Part shown: piece by piece, positions 1 to 10,904 of the stretch | Numbering within the stretch: the first letter of the stretch is position 1 | Layout: every line of letters begins with the position of its first letter | From: Hormoscilla sp. | Lineage (GTDB): Bacteria > Cyanobacteriota > Cyanobacteriia > Cyanobacteriales > Desertifilaceae | Direction: 5' to 3' | Length of the DNA: 64,000 bases | Assembly: GCA_051439505.1 (NCBI GenBank) | Contig: JBFRWI010000132.1 | Span: 1-64,000 of the forward strand | The notes under the pieces: model-generated | Database searches by the model: none | The model's input: only the letters and a program-made list of their open reading frames with translations | What the model was told of the DNA's origin: nothing | Position numbers and translations under genes: made by a program

Positions 1-312
1 ACGTGAGTTCGACGGATGGGAAAACCCTGATTTCTCATCCGGTTGAAAATGCCTCAAACCCGCATGATTGCGTTCGGGAGATCCCCAACTACGAACTACG
101 AACCGCGCAGCGTTGCGAGGTACGTTAGCGTAGCGGCGCGACGCAGGAGCGCTAGCAATCTCGAACTACGAACTCACGTTAACCAGCCACCAGTCGATGG
201 ACTTACGCCAAGACACTTGCAGGGTAGGCACTGCCACCGATGACACCGCCGACTTGACAAGGTGGTGATGGGTAAGCACTGGTAACTGGTCGCTGGTCGC
301 TGGCCGCTGACC

Positions 313-822
313 CTAGATATCCTTTTCGCCGAATTCGCGGGTCATGTGGTCAAAGGGCTGGTCTACAAAATCCGTATTTTCCACCCCAGCAGCTGCCGCT
401 TGTTCCTTAACAATCTCTTTCATGATTTGAATTCCCCGCACCGTGGGGCCAATGGGAACTCCCAGGGAGTTGTAGGTTTCCCGCAAACCAAAGAGCACCC
501 GCTCATCCAGTACGCCAGGGTCTCCAGCCACCAGGGCATAGCTGGCATAACGCAGATAATAATCCATATCCCGCAGGCAGGCTGCATAGCGGCGAGTTGT
601 ATAGGAATTACCGCCCGGACGAAGCAGTTCTGGTACTTCCTCATATAACTGGGAAGCTGCCTGCTTCACAATATTAGCGGCGTTACCATTGATTACTGCA
701 GCTGTCTGCACTCGTGCTAGACCGCTATTAAAATATGCTTTCAGCCGGTCGATCGCATCTCGGTCTAGATACCGACCGGTAACATCATAAGTGGAAATCA
801 AGCTTGTGACTGCGTCCTGCAT
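313..822 (-). CDS. apcF: Allophycocyanin beta-18 core subunit
   Basis: [14 protein letters not shown] start, [25 protein letters not shown] chromophore motif, 169 aa, divergent from glnA. Confidence 0.93.
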   Translation of the reverse strand: MQDAVTSLISTYDVTGRYLDRDAIDRLKAYFNSGLARVQTAAVINGNAANIVKQAASQLYEEVPELLRPGGNSYTTRRYAACLRDMDYYLRYASYALVAGDPGVLDERVLFGLRETYNSLGVPIGPTVRGIQIMKEIVKEQAAAAGVENTDFVDQPFDHMTREFGEKDI

Positions 823-865
823 GCAACTGCTCTCCGGTAAACTGCATTTTGTAGTGGTTTACTAT

Positions 866-930
866 TTCCCAGCCCAGTAGTCGCCGTCGCCCGATCGCCA
901 ATGCTCAAGCCTGCTTCACTGGGCTGGGAA
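866..930. promoter_or_regulatory. 13-bp inverted repeat upstream of apcF
   Basis: ttcccagcccagt (866-878) pairs with actgggctgggaa (918-930). Confidence 0.45.
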
Positions 931-1128
931 TAACATCCAATTTTACTATGAAAGAGCGCAGACGCTTATAGTTAAAATATTAATTTTTGTTAACAACCTT
1001 GACATGGGCTAACATAGTAAGTTATACACAATAGATTGGCAATGAATAAATTTGGCCCATTGGGGCACCAACCGCGCTCTAGATTTTGAGAGTATTGCCA
1101 GCTATCGTCTTTGAGTAAGACAGATCCT

Positions 1129-1142
1129 GTAATAAGTTGTAC
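1129..1142. promoter_or_regulatory. Candidate NtcA box (distal)
   Basis: tGTA-ataagttg-TACa matches GTA-N8-TAC. Confidence 0.5.
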
Positions 1143-1474
1143 AACCACACCGACGATCTTGGTTGTTAATTACCAATTATTGACAGTTAATCCCAATAGT
1201 CAGAACTTTTCATAAGTTGCTCTTTGCTAAATTCAATTGTAAATTTTCAATCCCACTGCTGGTATCATCGGTAAAAACCTGCAACGCCTTTGCTGCTTTT
1301 GCTTGGGGTCCGACTGCTACCGGTCGCAACCGCAAACGCTAGCACAACTGACAGGCCCGATAGTGAACCTGCTGAAGGCCAGGCTGTCCAGCACAATTAC
1401 TCGTTCGCCTCTTGCCGATCCCAATCGATCTGCTTGTCTAGAGTCATTTTCCTCACTGCCCTTTCCAAAAATCT

Positions 1475-1488
1475 GTAGCTGTTGATAC
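1475..1488. promoter_or_regulatory. Candidate NtcA box (middle)
   Basis: GTA-gctgttga-TAC. Confidence 0.55.
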
Positions 1489-1579
1489 CATATTAGCGAC
1501 TTTTGGGCTAGCTAAACACAAATCTGTTAAGTTCACGACAATGTTTAACATTTGATGACGTGCAAAAGGCCAAGATTTT

Positions 1580-1621
1580 GTAGTGACAGATACAAAATCT
1601 CGCCACTGCTATCCCTAGGAT
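1580..1621 (+). promoter_or_regulatory. Canonical NtcA-activated promoter of glnA
   Basis: GTA-gtgacaga-TAC (1580-1593), 22-nt spacer, TAGGAT -10 box (1616-1621). Confidence 0.88.
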
Positions 1622-1836
1622 GAGGCAGGTAAATGGGAGTGGCCAAAATAGATGAACAGGTAACGGGTCTGTCTCCAGTGCTGGAGACAATGGGAGTAGC
1701 AGTCTCCGGTGTCACAAGCTGTCGCAGCAGGTACTGGAGACCTCCTCGGACAATTGCTTGTCAGCCCCACCGACTTCCATCCCACAGGCACCAGATCGGA
1801 TGATCGCGATCTGGCAAAGTAAATAAGGAGTTAAGC

Positions 1837-3258
1837 ATGGCAGAGACGGCGCAAGAAGTCTTGAAGATGATTCAAGACCAAGACATCAAGATCGTAGACC
1901 TGAAATTTATCGACACGCCAGGGATCTGGCAGCACTGCTCGTTTTATCGGGATCTCATTGACGAGGACGCTTTCACCGATGGCGTAGCCTTCGATGGTTC
2001 TAGCATTCGGGGTTGGAAAGCGATTAATGAATCTGATATGATGATGGTGCCAGACCCGAAAACGGCTTGGATCGACCCCTTCATGGAAGAGCCGACCCTA
2101 AGCATGATCTGTAGCATCAAAGAACCCAGAAGCGGTGAATGGTACAGCCGCGACCCCCGCACTATTGCCCAGAAGGCGATCGACTACCTAACTTCCACCG
2201 GTATTGGTGATATGGCCTTTTTTGGTCCGGAAGCAGAGTTCTTCGTGTTTGAAGATGTCCGCTTTGACCAGACGGAGAACAAAGGGTTCTACTATGTAGA
2301 CTCGGTAGAGGGACGATGGAATTCTGGTAAAGAGGAACCGGGTGGCAACCTGGCCTACAAACCCCGCTACAAAGAAGGTTACTTCCCAGTGTCGCCGACA
2401 GATACCCTGCAAGACATGCGGACGGAAATGCTGTTGACGATGGGAGAATGTGGGGTCCCGATCGAAAAGCACCACCACGAGGTAGCCACCGGCGGGCAGA
2501 ATGAATTGGGTATTCGCTTTGCGCCCTTGGTAAACGCTGCTGACAACTTAATGATCTACAAATATGCGATCAAGAATGTTGCCAAGCGCTACGGCAAGAC
2601 TGTTACATTCATGCCTAAGCCACTGTTCAACGACAATGGTTCGGGGATGCACACCCACCAGTCCATTTGGAAAGATGGTCAACCTCTATTTTATGGAGAT
2701 GGCTACGCCAACCTGTCTCAGTTAGCATTGCACTATATTGGCGGTCTGCTCAAGCACGCACCAGCGTTGCTGGCATTTACCAACCCTACCACCAACTCTT
2801 ACAAGCGGTTGGTGCCTGGGTTTGAAGCCCCTGTAAACCTGGCCTACTCTCAAGGAAACCGTTCCGCCTCCATCCGCATTCCGCTCACCGGTACTAACCC
2901 GAAGGCGAAGCGGTTAGAGTTCCGCTGTCCGGATGCTACTTGTAACCCCTATCTGGCATTTGCGGCTATGCTATGTGCCGGTTTAGATGGCATCAAAAAT
3001 GAGATCGACCCGGGTGAATCCCTGGATGTGGATATCTATGACCTCTCTCCAGAGGAGTTGGCGAAAGTTCCTTCCACTCCCGCTTCTCTGTTAGATGCCC
3101 TGAAAGCACTGGAAGCGGATCACGAATTCCTGACCGTTGGCGGCGTGTTTACAGAAGACTTCATCACCAACTGGATTGAGTACAAACTGGATAATGAAGT
3201 GAACCCGATGCGGCTACGTCCCCATCCCTACGAGTTTGCTCTATACTACGATGTCTAG
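1837..3258 (+). CDS. glnA: Glutamine synthetase type I
   Basis: [44 protein letters not shown] motifs; aaggag RBS. Confidence 0.98.
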   Translation: MAETAQEVLKMIQDQDIKIVDLKFIDTPGIWQHCSFYRDLIDEDAFTDGVAFDGSSIRGWKAINESDMMMVPDPKTAWIDPFMEEPTLSMICSIKEPRSGEWYSRDPRTIAQKAIDYLTSTGIGDMAFFGPEAEFFVFEDVRFDQTENKGFYYVDSVEGRWNSGKEEPGGNLAYKPRYKEGYFPVSPTDTLQDMRTEMLLTMGECGVPIEKHHHEVATGGQNELGIRFAPLVNAADNLMIYKYAIKNVAKRYGKTVTFMPKPLFNDNGSGMHTHQSIWKDGQPLFYGDGYANLSQLALHYIGGLLKHAPALLAFTNPTTNSYKRLVPGFEAPVNLAYSQGNRSASIRIPLTGTNPKAKRLEFRCPDATCNPYLAFAAMLCAGLDGIKNEIDPGESLDVDIYDLSPEELAKVPSTPASLLDALKALEADHEFLTVGGVFTEDFITNWIEYKLDNEVNPMRLRPHPYEFALYYDV

Positions 3259-3286
3259 TTTTTGTCAAGTAGATTGAATTCAGATA

Positions 3287-3314
3287 GCAGCCACCCGACG
3301 CGGTGGCTGTTTTG
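3287..3314 (+). terminator. Intrinsic terminator after glnA
   Basis: cagccacc-cgacgc-ggtggctg stem-loop followed by a T run. Confidence 0.7.
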
Positions 3315-3392
3315 CTTTTGGATGTTCTTGCCGTTGCGGTTTTTCGTTACAATTATTTACAGTAGTTAAAGATTATTCATATCCCGCCAACT

Positions 3393-4451
3393 ATGTCGGA
3401 CACTTTAACCAAACTGGCCTATGAAACGGTTCAGCAGAGCCAAAGTTATTTTGCTTTAGCTCATAAAACTATCAGTTCGCGATTGCGTTCCCTGGTGGAT
3501 CCTCCGGTCGAGCAGAAGACTAAACCATTGCCGCCGCAGGTGTTACAAGACATGCAGCAAAGGCTGAATCGGCTAATGGAAGCCGACTGGTCGGATGCCG
3601 AACGGGGCCTGTATCCGGCGAGTCTGCTGTTCGATCGCCCTTGGTCGGACTTTTTCCTTTACTATCCAGTGGTATGGCTAGACTTGCCACAAAGATGGGA
3701 ACGAATCAAACAAAAGAGATATCAAGAATTTTCGCCAGAGATTGAGACAGAAGGCTATCCCAGCTATTACCTGCAAAACTTCCATCACCAGACTGACGGC
3801 TATTTAAGCGAGATGTCGGCTAATTTGTATGACTTGCAGGTGGAACTTCTGTTTAATGGTACAGCGGATGCGATGCGCCGGCGGATTTTGGCTCCCCTGA
3901 AGCAAGGACTGACAGGGTTTCAGGGCATTTCTCCCAGACAAATTCGGGTACTGGATGTGGCTTGTGGAACTGGCAGAACTCTGAAATTCCTGCGGGGAAC
4001 TTTGCCTTTGGCAAGTCTGTACGGTATGGATCTGTCGCCTGCTTACTTGCGCAAGGCAAATCAATTGTTATCGGAAATTCCTGGGGAATTACCTCAACTT
4101 TTACAGGGGAATGCAGAAGAATTACCCTATCTGGATAACTACTTCCATGGAGTCACTAGCGTTTTTCTGTTCCACGAAATGCCAGCTGGGGTGCGTCAGC
4201 AGGTCATCAATGAATGCTTTCGGGTGACTCAACCAGGGGGACTGTTTATTATCTGCGATTCAATTCAACTGCCTGATGCGCCTGAGTTTAAGGTAATGAT
4301 GGAAAACTTTGCCGCCATTTTCCACGAACCCTACTACAAAGACTATATTAGTGATGATTTGATAGGACGCTTAGAGTCGGCAGGCTTCACTAATATAGAG
4401 ACTCAGGTACATTTCATGAGCAAGTATTTGATTGCTCGCAAACCCGCATGA
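3393..4451 (+). CDS. Class I SAM-dependent methyltransferase
   Basis: VLDVACGTG motif I, DLSPAYL, GNAEELPY. Confidence 0.9.
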   Translation: MSDTLTKLAYETVQQSQSYFALAHKTISSRLRSLVDPPVEQKTKPLPPQVLQDMQQRLNRLMEADWSDAERGLYPASLLFDRPWSDFFLYYPVVWLDLPQRWERIKQKRYQEFSPEIETEGYPSYYLQNFHHQTDGYLSEMSANLYDLQVELLFNGTADAMRRRILAPLKQGLTGFQGISPRQIRVLDVACGTGRTLKFLRGTLPLASLYGMDLSPAYLRKANQLLSEIPGELPQLLQGNAEELPYLDNYFHGVTSVFLFHEMPAGVRQQVINECFRVTQPGGLFIICDSIQLPDAPEFKVMMENFAAIFHEPYYKDYISDDLIGRLESAGFTNIETQVHFMSKYLIARKPA

Positions 4452-5209
4452 TAGAATCTTACCCTCATTCCCGGTGGCGTTTAATTCCCCTGCTGCGATC
4501 GTCTGGGCGGATCCAGATGGCGATCGACCGTTGGTTATTGGAGCAACACAGGCTGGGTTTACATCCTCCCACCCTGAGGTTTTATACTTGGGAGTCAGCG
4601 ACAATTTCTCTGGGTTATCATCAACGCCAATGGCCGGAATTTTGGAATAATCTGACTTGGCAAGGTACACCGGTGGAGTTGGTGAGACGCCCGAGTGGAG
4701 GCCGGGCGGTGCTGCATCAGGGGGATTTAACTTATGCTGTAATAACTTCGGGACTTCCTGCCAGACGCCGGGAAGCCTACGAACATATTTGTGAGTTTTT
4801 GATTGCTGGTTGGCGATCGCTGGGTTTAGAATTACATTACGGTTCTGCTGGGCGGGGCTACATCCACAACCCCAGTTGCTTTGCTACGGCGACAGAGGCC
4901 GATCTTATTTCTGCATGTGGCGGTAAGTTTATTGGTAGCGCCCAACTGCGACGGGGTAAAGCTATTTTACAACATGGTTCCATGCCCTTAGAACCCGATC
5001 GGGCTTTGTTTACTCGGGTATTCGAGACTGAGGCCCCTGCTTCCGTGCAGCTACCGATAGGCGATCGGGGGGATGCCTTAATTGAAATTGTAGTGGAAGC
5101 TTTAACTGATGCAGCCAGTCATTGTTTCGGAGTCGAGTTCGTGAGACAATCCTTATCAGAGTCCGAGTGGCAGGCAATTAGGCAGGTGTCTCCTCAATTG
5201 CTTAAGTAG
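4448..5209 (+). CDS. Lipoate-protein ligase / octanoyltransferase family protein
   Basis: MAIDRWLL, RRPSGGRAVLH, KFIGSAQ, LQHGS; ATGA overlap with the upstream gene. Confidence 0.9.
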   Translation: MIESYPHSRWRLIPLLRSSGRIQMAIDRWLLEQHRLGLHPPTLRFYTWESATISLGYHQRQWPEFWNNLTWQGTPVELVRRPSGGRAVLHQGDLTYAVITSGLPARRREAYEHICEFLIAGWRSLGLELHYGSAGRGYIHNPSCFATATEADLISACGGKFIGSAQLRRGKAILQHGSMPLEPDRALFTRVFETEAPASVQLPIGDRGDALIEIVVEALTDAASHCFGVEFVRQSLSESEWQAIRQVSPQLLK

Positions 5210-5266
5210 GGACGACCATATTAAGCTATCGGACAAGCGCTGTTAAATTTTAATGGATAGATCGAA

Positions 5267-8200
5267 ATGCACCAACTATCTCCAGAGAAAGATCAGTATT
5301 TTTCCCCTCTGTCACGAGGACAGCAAGCCTTATGGTTCATCTACCAGAAGGATCCAGAAAGCGTAGCTTACAACATATTTATAACCACTCGTCTGGCTGG
5401 AGAGTTAAACCTAGAGGCTTGGCGAAGGGCCTGGCAGAAGCTGGTCGGACGACATTCGATCCTGCGAACTACCTATAGGACTCGGGACGGCAAACCCGTT
5501 GCAGTAGTTAGTCAAGACTGCAACGTCAAGATTGAGGTAACAGACGCTTCTAGGTGGGGGTCCGACGAATTAAAGGCCAAAATTATGGCAGCAGTAGAGC
5601 GTCCCTTCAATTTAGAAACGGGTCCGATAATGCGCTTGGATCTGTTTACCCGATCGCCCCAGGAGTACGTCCAATTGATAACCATGCACCACATTGCAGG
5701 CGATCGCTGGTCGTTTGACTTGCTCCTCAAAGAGTTCCAAGTGTTATACGCGGCTGAGGTCAAGAACCTCCCAGAAGCAGAAATTACTAACTTGCTTGCC
5801 GATTCTCCCTGGCAATACGCCGACTATGTATCCTGGCAGTCCGAGATGTTGGCATCTGCCCGAGGAGAACAGCTATTTCGCTACTGGCAGAAACAACTCA
5901 GTGACTGCTTGCCGATTTTGAACCTGCCAACAGATAAAGCCCGACCCAGGGTTTTAAGCGGTCAGAATCAATTCCATATTGTCGAGCTCGACCAAGGACT
6001 GATTGAGAAACTGCGACAACTGGCTTTTGCCCAGGGAGTAAGTCTTTACCGGACTCTGCTGGCTGCCTTCTTTGTCCTGCTAAATCGCTTATCGGGTCAA
6101 GAAGACATCCTGCTAGGAAGCGCAATGGCAGCTAGGTGGAGCGCTGAGGAGTTTAAAAGCATTGTCGGTTACTTTAGCAACGAAGTAGTATTGCGGGCAA
6201 CTCTTACGGAGAACCCCACCTTCACAAAATTTCTCGCCTGCATCCACCGCACGGTAACAGAGGCTCAAGCTCATCAAGATTATCCGTTTGATTTATTAGT
6301 AGAACGGCTTAACCCTCGCCGAGATGCGAGCCGAAACCCTCTAACTCAAGTCGATTTCACTTGGCGCAAGCATCGCTGGCATCAGTCGAGAAAACTGGAG
6401 AAAGGGCTGTCGATGGAGCCATACTTAGCGGGACGCCAACGGGAAACTCAATTCGATCTGGCTTTGGGAATTGAGGAAATTGGCAAATCTCTTTATGGGA
6501 TCTGGGAATATAGTGCTGACCTCTTTGATGCAGATACCATTTGCCTCTGGGCGAGACATTTTATTTGCTTGCTAGAGTCTATTGTCGCCAATCCAGAACA
6601 GCGCGTTGCCTTTTTACCCCTGCTGAGGTCAGAGGAACGAGATCGATTGTTGGTGCAATGGAACTCTAATGTTGCAGAGTATCCCCAAGATAAGTACATT
6701 CATCAGTTATTTGAAGAGCAGGTAGAGCGGACGCCAGATTCGGTGGCTGTAGTTTTTGAGAAGCAAGAAGTTACATATCGAGAATTGAACCAACGCGCGA
6801 ATCAATTGGCTCGCTATTTACAATCTCTCGGAGTCGGTCTGGAGGTACTGGTGGGGATTTGCATAGAGCGCTCGGTCGAAATGGTGGTGGGATTGTTGGG
6901 CATTCTCAAGGCTGGCGGGGCGTATTTGCCCTTAGACCCGAGCTATCCGCGCGATCGCCTGGCTTATTTGTTAGAAGATTCGGGAGTAACTTTGCTGTTA
7001 GCTTCCGAAAAGTCAGTGGCTCGATTCCGAGAAAGCAAAAGCAAAGAACAGGTTGTTTTCTTGGATAAAGATTGGCAGGTCATTTCTCAGTATAGTGCGG
7101 AAAATATTGCTCTTGCTGCCAAACCAGATTCTTTGGCTTATGTCATCTACACTTCAGGTTCTACCGGAAAGCCAAAAGGGGTGGAAATCGAGCATAAAAG
7201 TCTGATAAATGCTTATCGAGGATGGGAGCAAGCCTACGAGCTACCTTCACAGAGCAGCCATCTGCAAATGGCGAGTTTCTCCTTTGATGTCTTTACGGGA
7301 GATTGGGTTCGCGCCCTTTGCTCGGGAGCTAAATTAGTTCTATGTCCGAGGGAGTTTTTGTTAGAACCAGAAAAGCTGTATCAATTGATGCTCCAAGAGC
7401 AAGTCGATTGCGCTGAATTTGTGCCTGCGGTGATGAGGAACTTAATCGAGTATTTGGAGAACACCGAGCAAAACCTAGATTTCATGAGGGTATTGGCGAT
7501 CGGTTCTGATAGCTGGTCCGTGCAAGAATACGAACGATTTCGGCAATTCTGCGGTTCGGGAACTCGGTTAGTGAATTCTTATGGAGTCAGCGAAGCAACC
7601 ATTGACAGTTGCTATTTTGAAAACGCCAATATCCAGCGACCCCTTGAGTCTCCAGTTCCTATCGGTAAACCCTTTGCCAACGCTCTTCTCTATATTCTCG
7701 ACGCTCATCTCCAACCGGTTCCCATCGGCGTACCAGGAGAACTGCATATCGGTGGCATCGGTTTAGCCCGAGGCTATCTCAACCGTCCGGAGTTAACTGC
7801 AAAAAAGTTTATTGCTAATCCTTTTAGCCCAGAAGAGGGAGCGCGTCTGTACAAAACCGGAGATAAGGCACGCTATCTCCCGGACGGCAACATTGAACTT
7901 CTCGGTCGCATCGACAACCAGGTAAAAATTCGAGGCTTCCGAATCGAACCAGGAGAAATCGAGGCGCTGCTGGCGAAGCGCCCGGAGGTTCGGCAAACTA
8001 CAGTCATAGTTCGTGAAGACCAACCGAACAACAAGCGCCTTGTGGCTTATGTAGTTCCCAATCGATTTCTTGAAGAACCAGATGAGCCAATTCACGAGCA
8101 AGAGTCGTCCGACGCAAAAGCCAAAGAGGAATTGCAACAAGAGCAGGTATCTCAGTGGGAAGAAGTCTTTAACGACATCTATCGGAATTATTCCCCAAAC

Positions 8201-10636
8201 CAGGAACTCGAATTTTACATCGAAGGCTGGGAGAGCAGCTATACTTATGCGCCGATGCTAGGGTCGGAAGTACGGGAGTGGATGGAGCAGACCGTTGCCA
8301 GAATTCTGTCCCTGCGCCCTTCTCGCGTCTTGGAAATGGGGTGTGGCAGTGGTCTGATGACATTCCGAATCGCCCCCCATTGCACCCAGTACCGCGCTAC
8401 GGATCTTTCGGCTAAATCTCTGGCAATTCTCCAGCAGCAATTAGACCGGGCGGGGCGCGAGCTGCCCGTAACCCTCGAACAAAGGGGAGCCGATGACTTT
8501 GAGGGAATAGAATCTGATAGCTTCGATGCGGCGATCGTGGTCTCGGTGGTTCAATATTTCCCCAGTATCGATTATTTAGTCAGGGTTTTGGAAGGAGCGG
8601 TGCGGACGGTAAAGCCGGGGGGATTTATTTTCTTGAGCGACCTGCGCAGCCTGCCCCTTTTGGAAGCTTTCCATACATCGGTGCGACTGTATCAAGCTTC
8701 TCCCAATGCCTCCCTGAAACGGTTACGGCAAAATGTGAAAGAGCGGGTGCGAGATGAAAAGCAGCTCGTTATCGATCCGGCATTTTTTACCGCCCTGCAA
8801 GAGCATTTACCGCAGATTAGCCATGTAGAAATTATCCTCGAACGCGGTCGCTACCACAACGAGCTGACTAAGTTTCGATATGACGTTATTCTGCATATCG
8901 ATCGCGACATCCCTCCCACCAAGCAGATAGAATGGATCGACTGGGAGCAAGAGAAATTGAGCGTAGCCTCGGTTCGACAGTTATTAGTGGAAAAAGAACC
9001 CGAGCTTCTGGGCATTGCCCGCGTGCCGAATGCTCGAATTATGGTGGACGTGCGAGCGGTGGAATTGCTGGCTGCTTTCCAGGAAAACGAACTGCAAACA
9101 GCGGAGGATCTGCGAGGGGCTCTACGGGATGCCGGTGAAAGTGGAGTCGATCCCGAAGAGTTTTGGGCTTTGAGCGACGATTTGGCTTATGCGATCGATA
9201 TTACTTGGTCTGACTCTAGGGGCGACGGTCGCTATGACGTACTATTCCAGCGGCAGAAGACTCCAGCAGATGGAGTCGCACCAATAGTTTTCCCTCCGCG
9301 CGATCGCCATCTATCTTCCCAGAAAAATTGGAGTGACTTTGCCAATAACCCCTTGTATGGGAAGCAAGTTCGGGAACTAACACCAAAACTGCGTGCTTTT
9401 CTCAAGGAAAAGCTGCCCGAGTATATGGTGCCCTCTGCCTTTGTGATGCTAGATTCCCTGCCCCTGACTCCCAACGGCAAAGTTGACCGCCGAGCCCTGC
9501 CAGCACCGGACGTAACTAGCACCGGTAGCGATGCTACTTTTATTGCACCTCGCGATACCCTAGAATTGCAACTAGCACAAATCTGGTCCGATGTTTTGGA
9601 AGTTTCTCCCGTAGGAGTCCGAGATAACTTCTTTGACATCGGCGGTCATTCCTTGTTAGCGATCGGCTTAATTGCTCGGGTGCAACGGCAGTTCGGCAAA
9701 AATCTGTCTTTGGCGACACTCTTGCAAAGTCCGACCATCGAACAGCTCGCTACTTCTGTTCGCTCCGGCGATGATTCTCCGTCAATGTCACCCCTAGTGG
9801 CACTTCAGCCCGATGGAGACTTACCACCTCTGTTCTTAATCCCTCCCAGCAGCGGCACGGTCTTATTTTATCTGGATTTAGCGCGCAATCTGGGAACAGA
9901 TCAACCCATTTACGGCTTGCAAGCACCCGGTCTCAATGGGGAATGCTCGCCTTTTAATACTCTCAAGGAACTCGCCACTCACCACCTAAAAGCAATTAAA
10001 ACCATTCAACCTCATGGTCCTTACTATTTGGTTGGTTTTTGCGTCGGCGGTCACTTAGCCTTAGAAATGGCACAACAGTTACGCCAACAAGGGGATACCC
10101 TAGCATTGCTAGCATTAATAGAAGCCTCTGCTCCAGAACACCACAGGCTTCTAGTTGACATTACGCCTGGAAGGAACTTAGGCCAGGATATTTATTATCC
10201 GAGAGTATTTGCTGAAGAAATGAGCGCACCCCGGGGAAAAGAAGTTCCGGTATCTTTCGAGGAACTGCAACAACTGATGCCGTCCCAGCGATTGGGATAT
10301 GTTCTAGAACGAGCGAAGATGTTCGATCTCCTGCCAGAGGAAGTAAGAGTGGAGGATTTGGAAAATTTGTTTGAGGTTTTTCAAGCCACAGCTATTGCGG
10401 CTTATAACTATGAAGCGCGACCTTATCAGGGGAATATCGATCTGTTCAATGCCAGCCACCAGCCGATAGACATAGCTGGCGATCGCACTTTAGGTTGGGG
10501 ATATTTAGTCGCTGGAGAAATTGAAATTCACGAGATTTCGGGGGACCATTTCTCTATTATCCGGGAACCTCAAGTGCGGGTTTTAGCAGAACGGCTGAAG
10601 CAGGCCCGCGATCGGGCCCTCCGGCTCGTCAATTAA
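5267..10636 (+). CDS. Single-module NRPS: C - A (interrupted by methyltransferase) - PCP - TE
   Basis: C: HHIAGDRWS; A: YTSGSTGKPKG, YKTGD, KIRGFRIEPGEIE, NGKVDR; MT: VLEMGCGSG; PCP: FFDIGGHSLL; TE: GFCVGG and GDHFS. Confidence 0.95.
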   Translation: MHQLSPEKDQYFSPLSRGQQALWFIYQKDPESVAYNIFITTRLAGELNLEAWRRAWQKLVGRHSILRTTYRTRDGKPVAVVSQDCNVKIEVTDASRWGSDELKAKIMAAVERPFNLETGPIMRLDLFTRSPQEYVQLITMHHIAGDRWSFDLLLKEFQVLYAAEVKNLPEAEITNLLADSPWQYADYVSWQSEMLASARGEQLFRYWQKQLSDCLPILNLPTDKARPRVLSGQNQFHIVELDQGLIEKLRQLAFAQGVSLYRTLLAAFFVLLNRLSGQEDILLGSAMAARWSAEEFKSIVGYFSNEVVLRATLTENPTFTKFLACIHRTVTEAQAHQDYPFDLLVERLNPRRDASRNPLTQVDFTWRKHRWHQSRKLEKGLSMEPYLAGRQRETQFDLALGIEEIGKSLYGIWEYSADLFDADTICLWARHFICLLESIVANPEQRVAFLPLLRSEERDRLLVQWNSNVAEYPQDKYIHQLFEEQVERTPDSVAVVFEKQEVTYRELNQRANQLARYLQSLGVGLEVLVGICIERSVEMVVGLLGILKAGGAYLPLDPSYPRDRLAYLLEDSGVTLLLASEKSVARFRESKSKEQVVFLDKDWQVISQYSAENIALAAKPDSLAYVIYTSGSTGKPKGVEIEHKSLINAYRGWEQAYELPSQSSHLQMASFSFDVFTGDWVRALCSGAKLVLCPREFLLEPEKLYQLMLQEQVDCAEFVPAVMRNLIEYLENTEQNLDFMRVLAIGSDSWSVQEYERFRQFCGSGTRLVNSYGVSEATIDSCYFENANIQRPLESPVPIGKPFANALLYILDAHLQPVPIGVPGELHIGGIGLARGYLNRPELTAKKFIANPFSPEEGARLYKTGDKARYLPDGNIELLGRIDNQVKIRGFRIEPGEIEALLAKRPEVRQTTVIVREDQPNNKRLVAYVVPNRFLEEPDEPIHEQESSDAKAKEELQQEQVSQWEEVFNDIYRNYSPNQELEFYIEGWESSYTYAPMLGSEVREWMEQTVARILSLRPSRVLEMGCGSGLMTFRIAPHCTQYRATDLSAKSLAILQQQLDRAGRELPVTLEQRGADDFEGIESDSFDAAIVVSVVQYFPSIDYLVRVLEGAVRTVKPGGFIFLSDLRSLPLLEAFHTSVRLYQASPNASLKRLRQNVKERVRDEKQLVIDPAFFTALQEHLPQISHVEIILERGRYHNELTKFRYDVILHIDRDIPPTKQIEWIDWEQEKLSVASVRQLLVEKEPELLGIARVPNARIMVDVRAVELLAAFQENELQTAEDLRGALRDAGESGVDPEEFWALSDDLAYAIDITWSDSRGDGRYDVLFQRQKTPADGVAPIVFPPRDRHLSSQKNWSDFANNPLYGKQVRELTPKLRAFLKEKLPEYMVPSAFVMLDSLPLTPNGKVDRRALPAPDVTSTGSDATFIAPRDTLELQLAQIWSDVLEVSPVGVRDNFFDIGGHSLLAIGLIARVQRQFGKNLSLATLLQSPTIEQLATSVRSGDDSPSMSPLVALQPDGDLPPLFLIPPSSGTVLFYLDLARNLGTDQPIYGLQAPGLNGECSPFNTLKELATHHLKAIKTIQPHGPYYLVGFCVGGHLALEMAQQLRQQGDTLALLALIEASAPEHHRLLVDITPGRNLGQDIYYPRVFAEEMSAPRGKEVPVSFEELQQLMPSQRLGYVLERAKMFDLLPEEVRVEDLENLFEVFQATAIAAYNYEARPYQGNIDLFNASHQPIDIAGDRTLGWGYLVAGEIEIHEISGDHFSIIREPQVRVLAERLKQARDRALRLVN

Positions 10637-10904
10637 TATTCGACCTATGGGCAACATCTAGTTTTGCCTAGTTTATTCCTACCGCCTGTGCGAGACATTA
10701 ATCGATCGCATCAAATTCGGGGGGCGATCGACTCATTTTTGTCCCCAAGTTAATTGATTCTCCCCCCGTTCGGTTTTGACTTGTTGTATTGTATAATACC
10801 TAGGGGAGTAAGAGATTTATGCATCCCCTACTCCCCTATTCTTGAACCATCCTCTTGTGGCGACCTCCCGAAAGCCGATCGCCTAGGATCGAGTGATCTA
10901 AATT

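Noticed and set aside
1..243. Short open frame ending at 46 and ORF 43-243
   Set aside because: Too short or repeat-like to assign
3393..5209. Methyltransferase and lipoate ligase as NRPS tailoring genes
   Set aside because: Both look like common cyanobacterial housekeeping genes; adjacency is the only link
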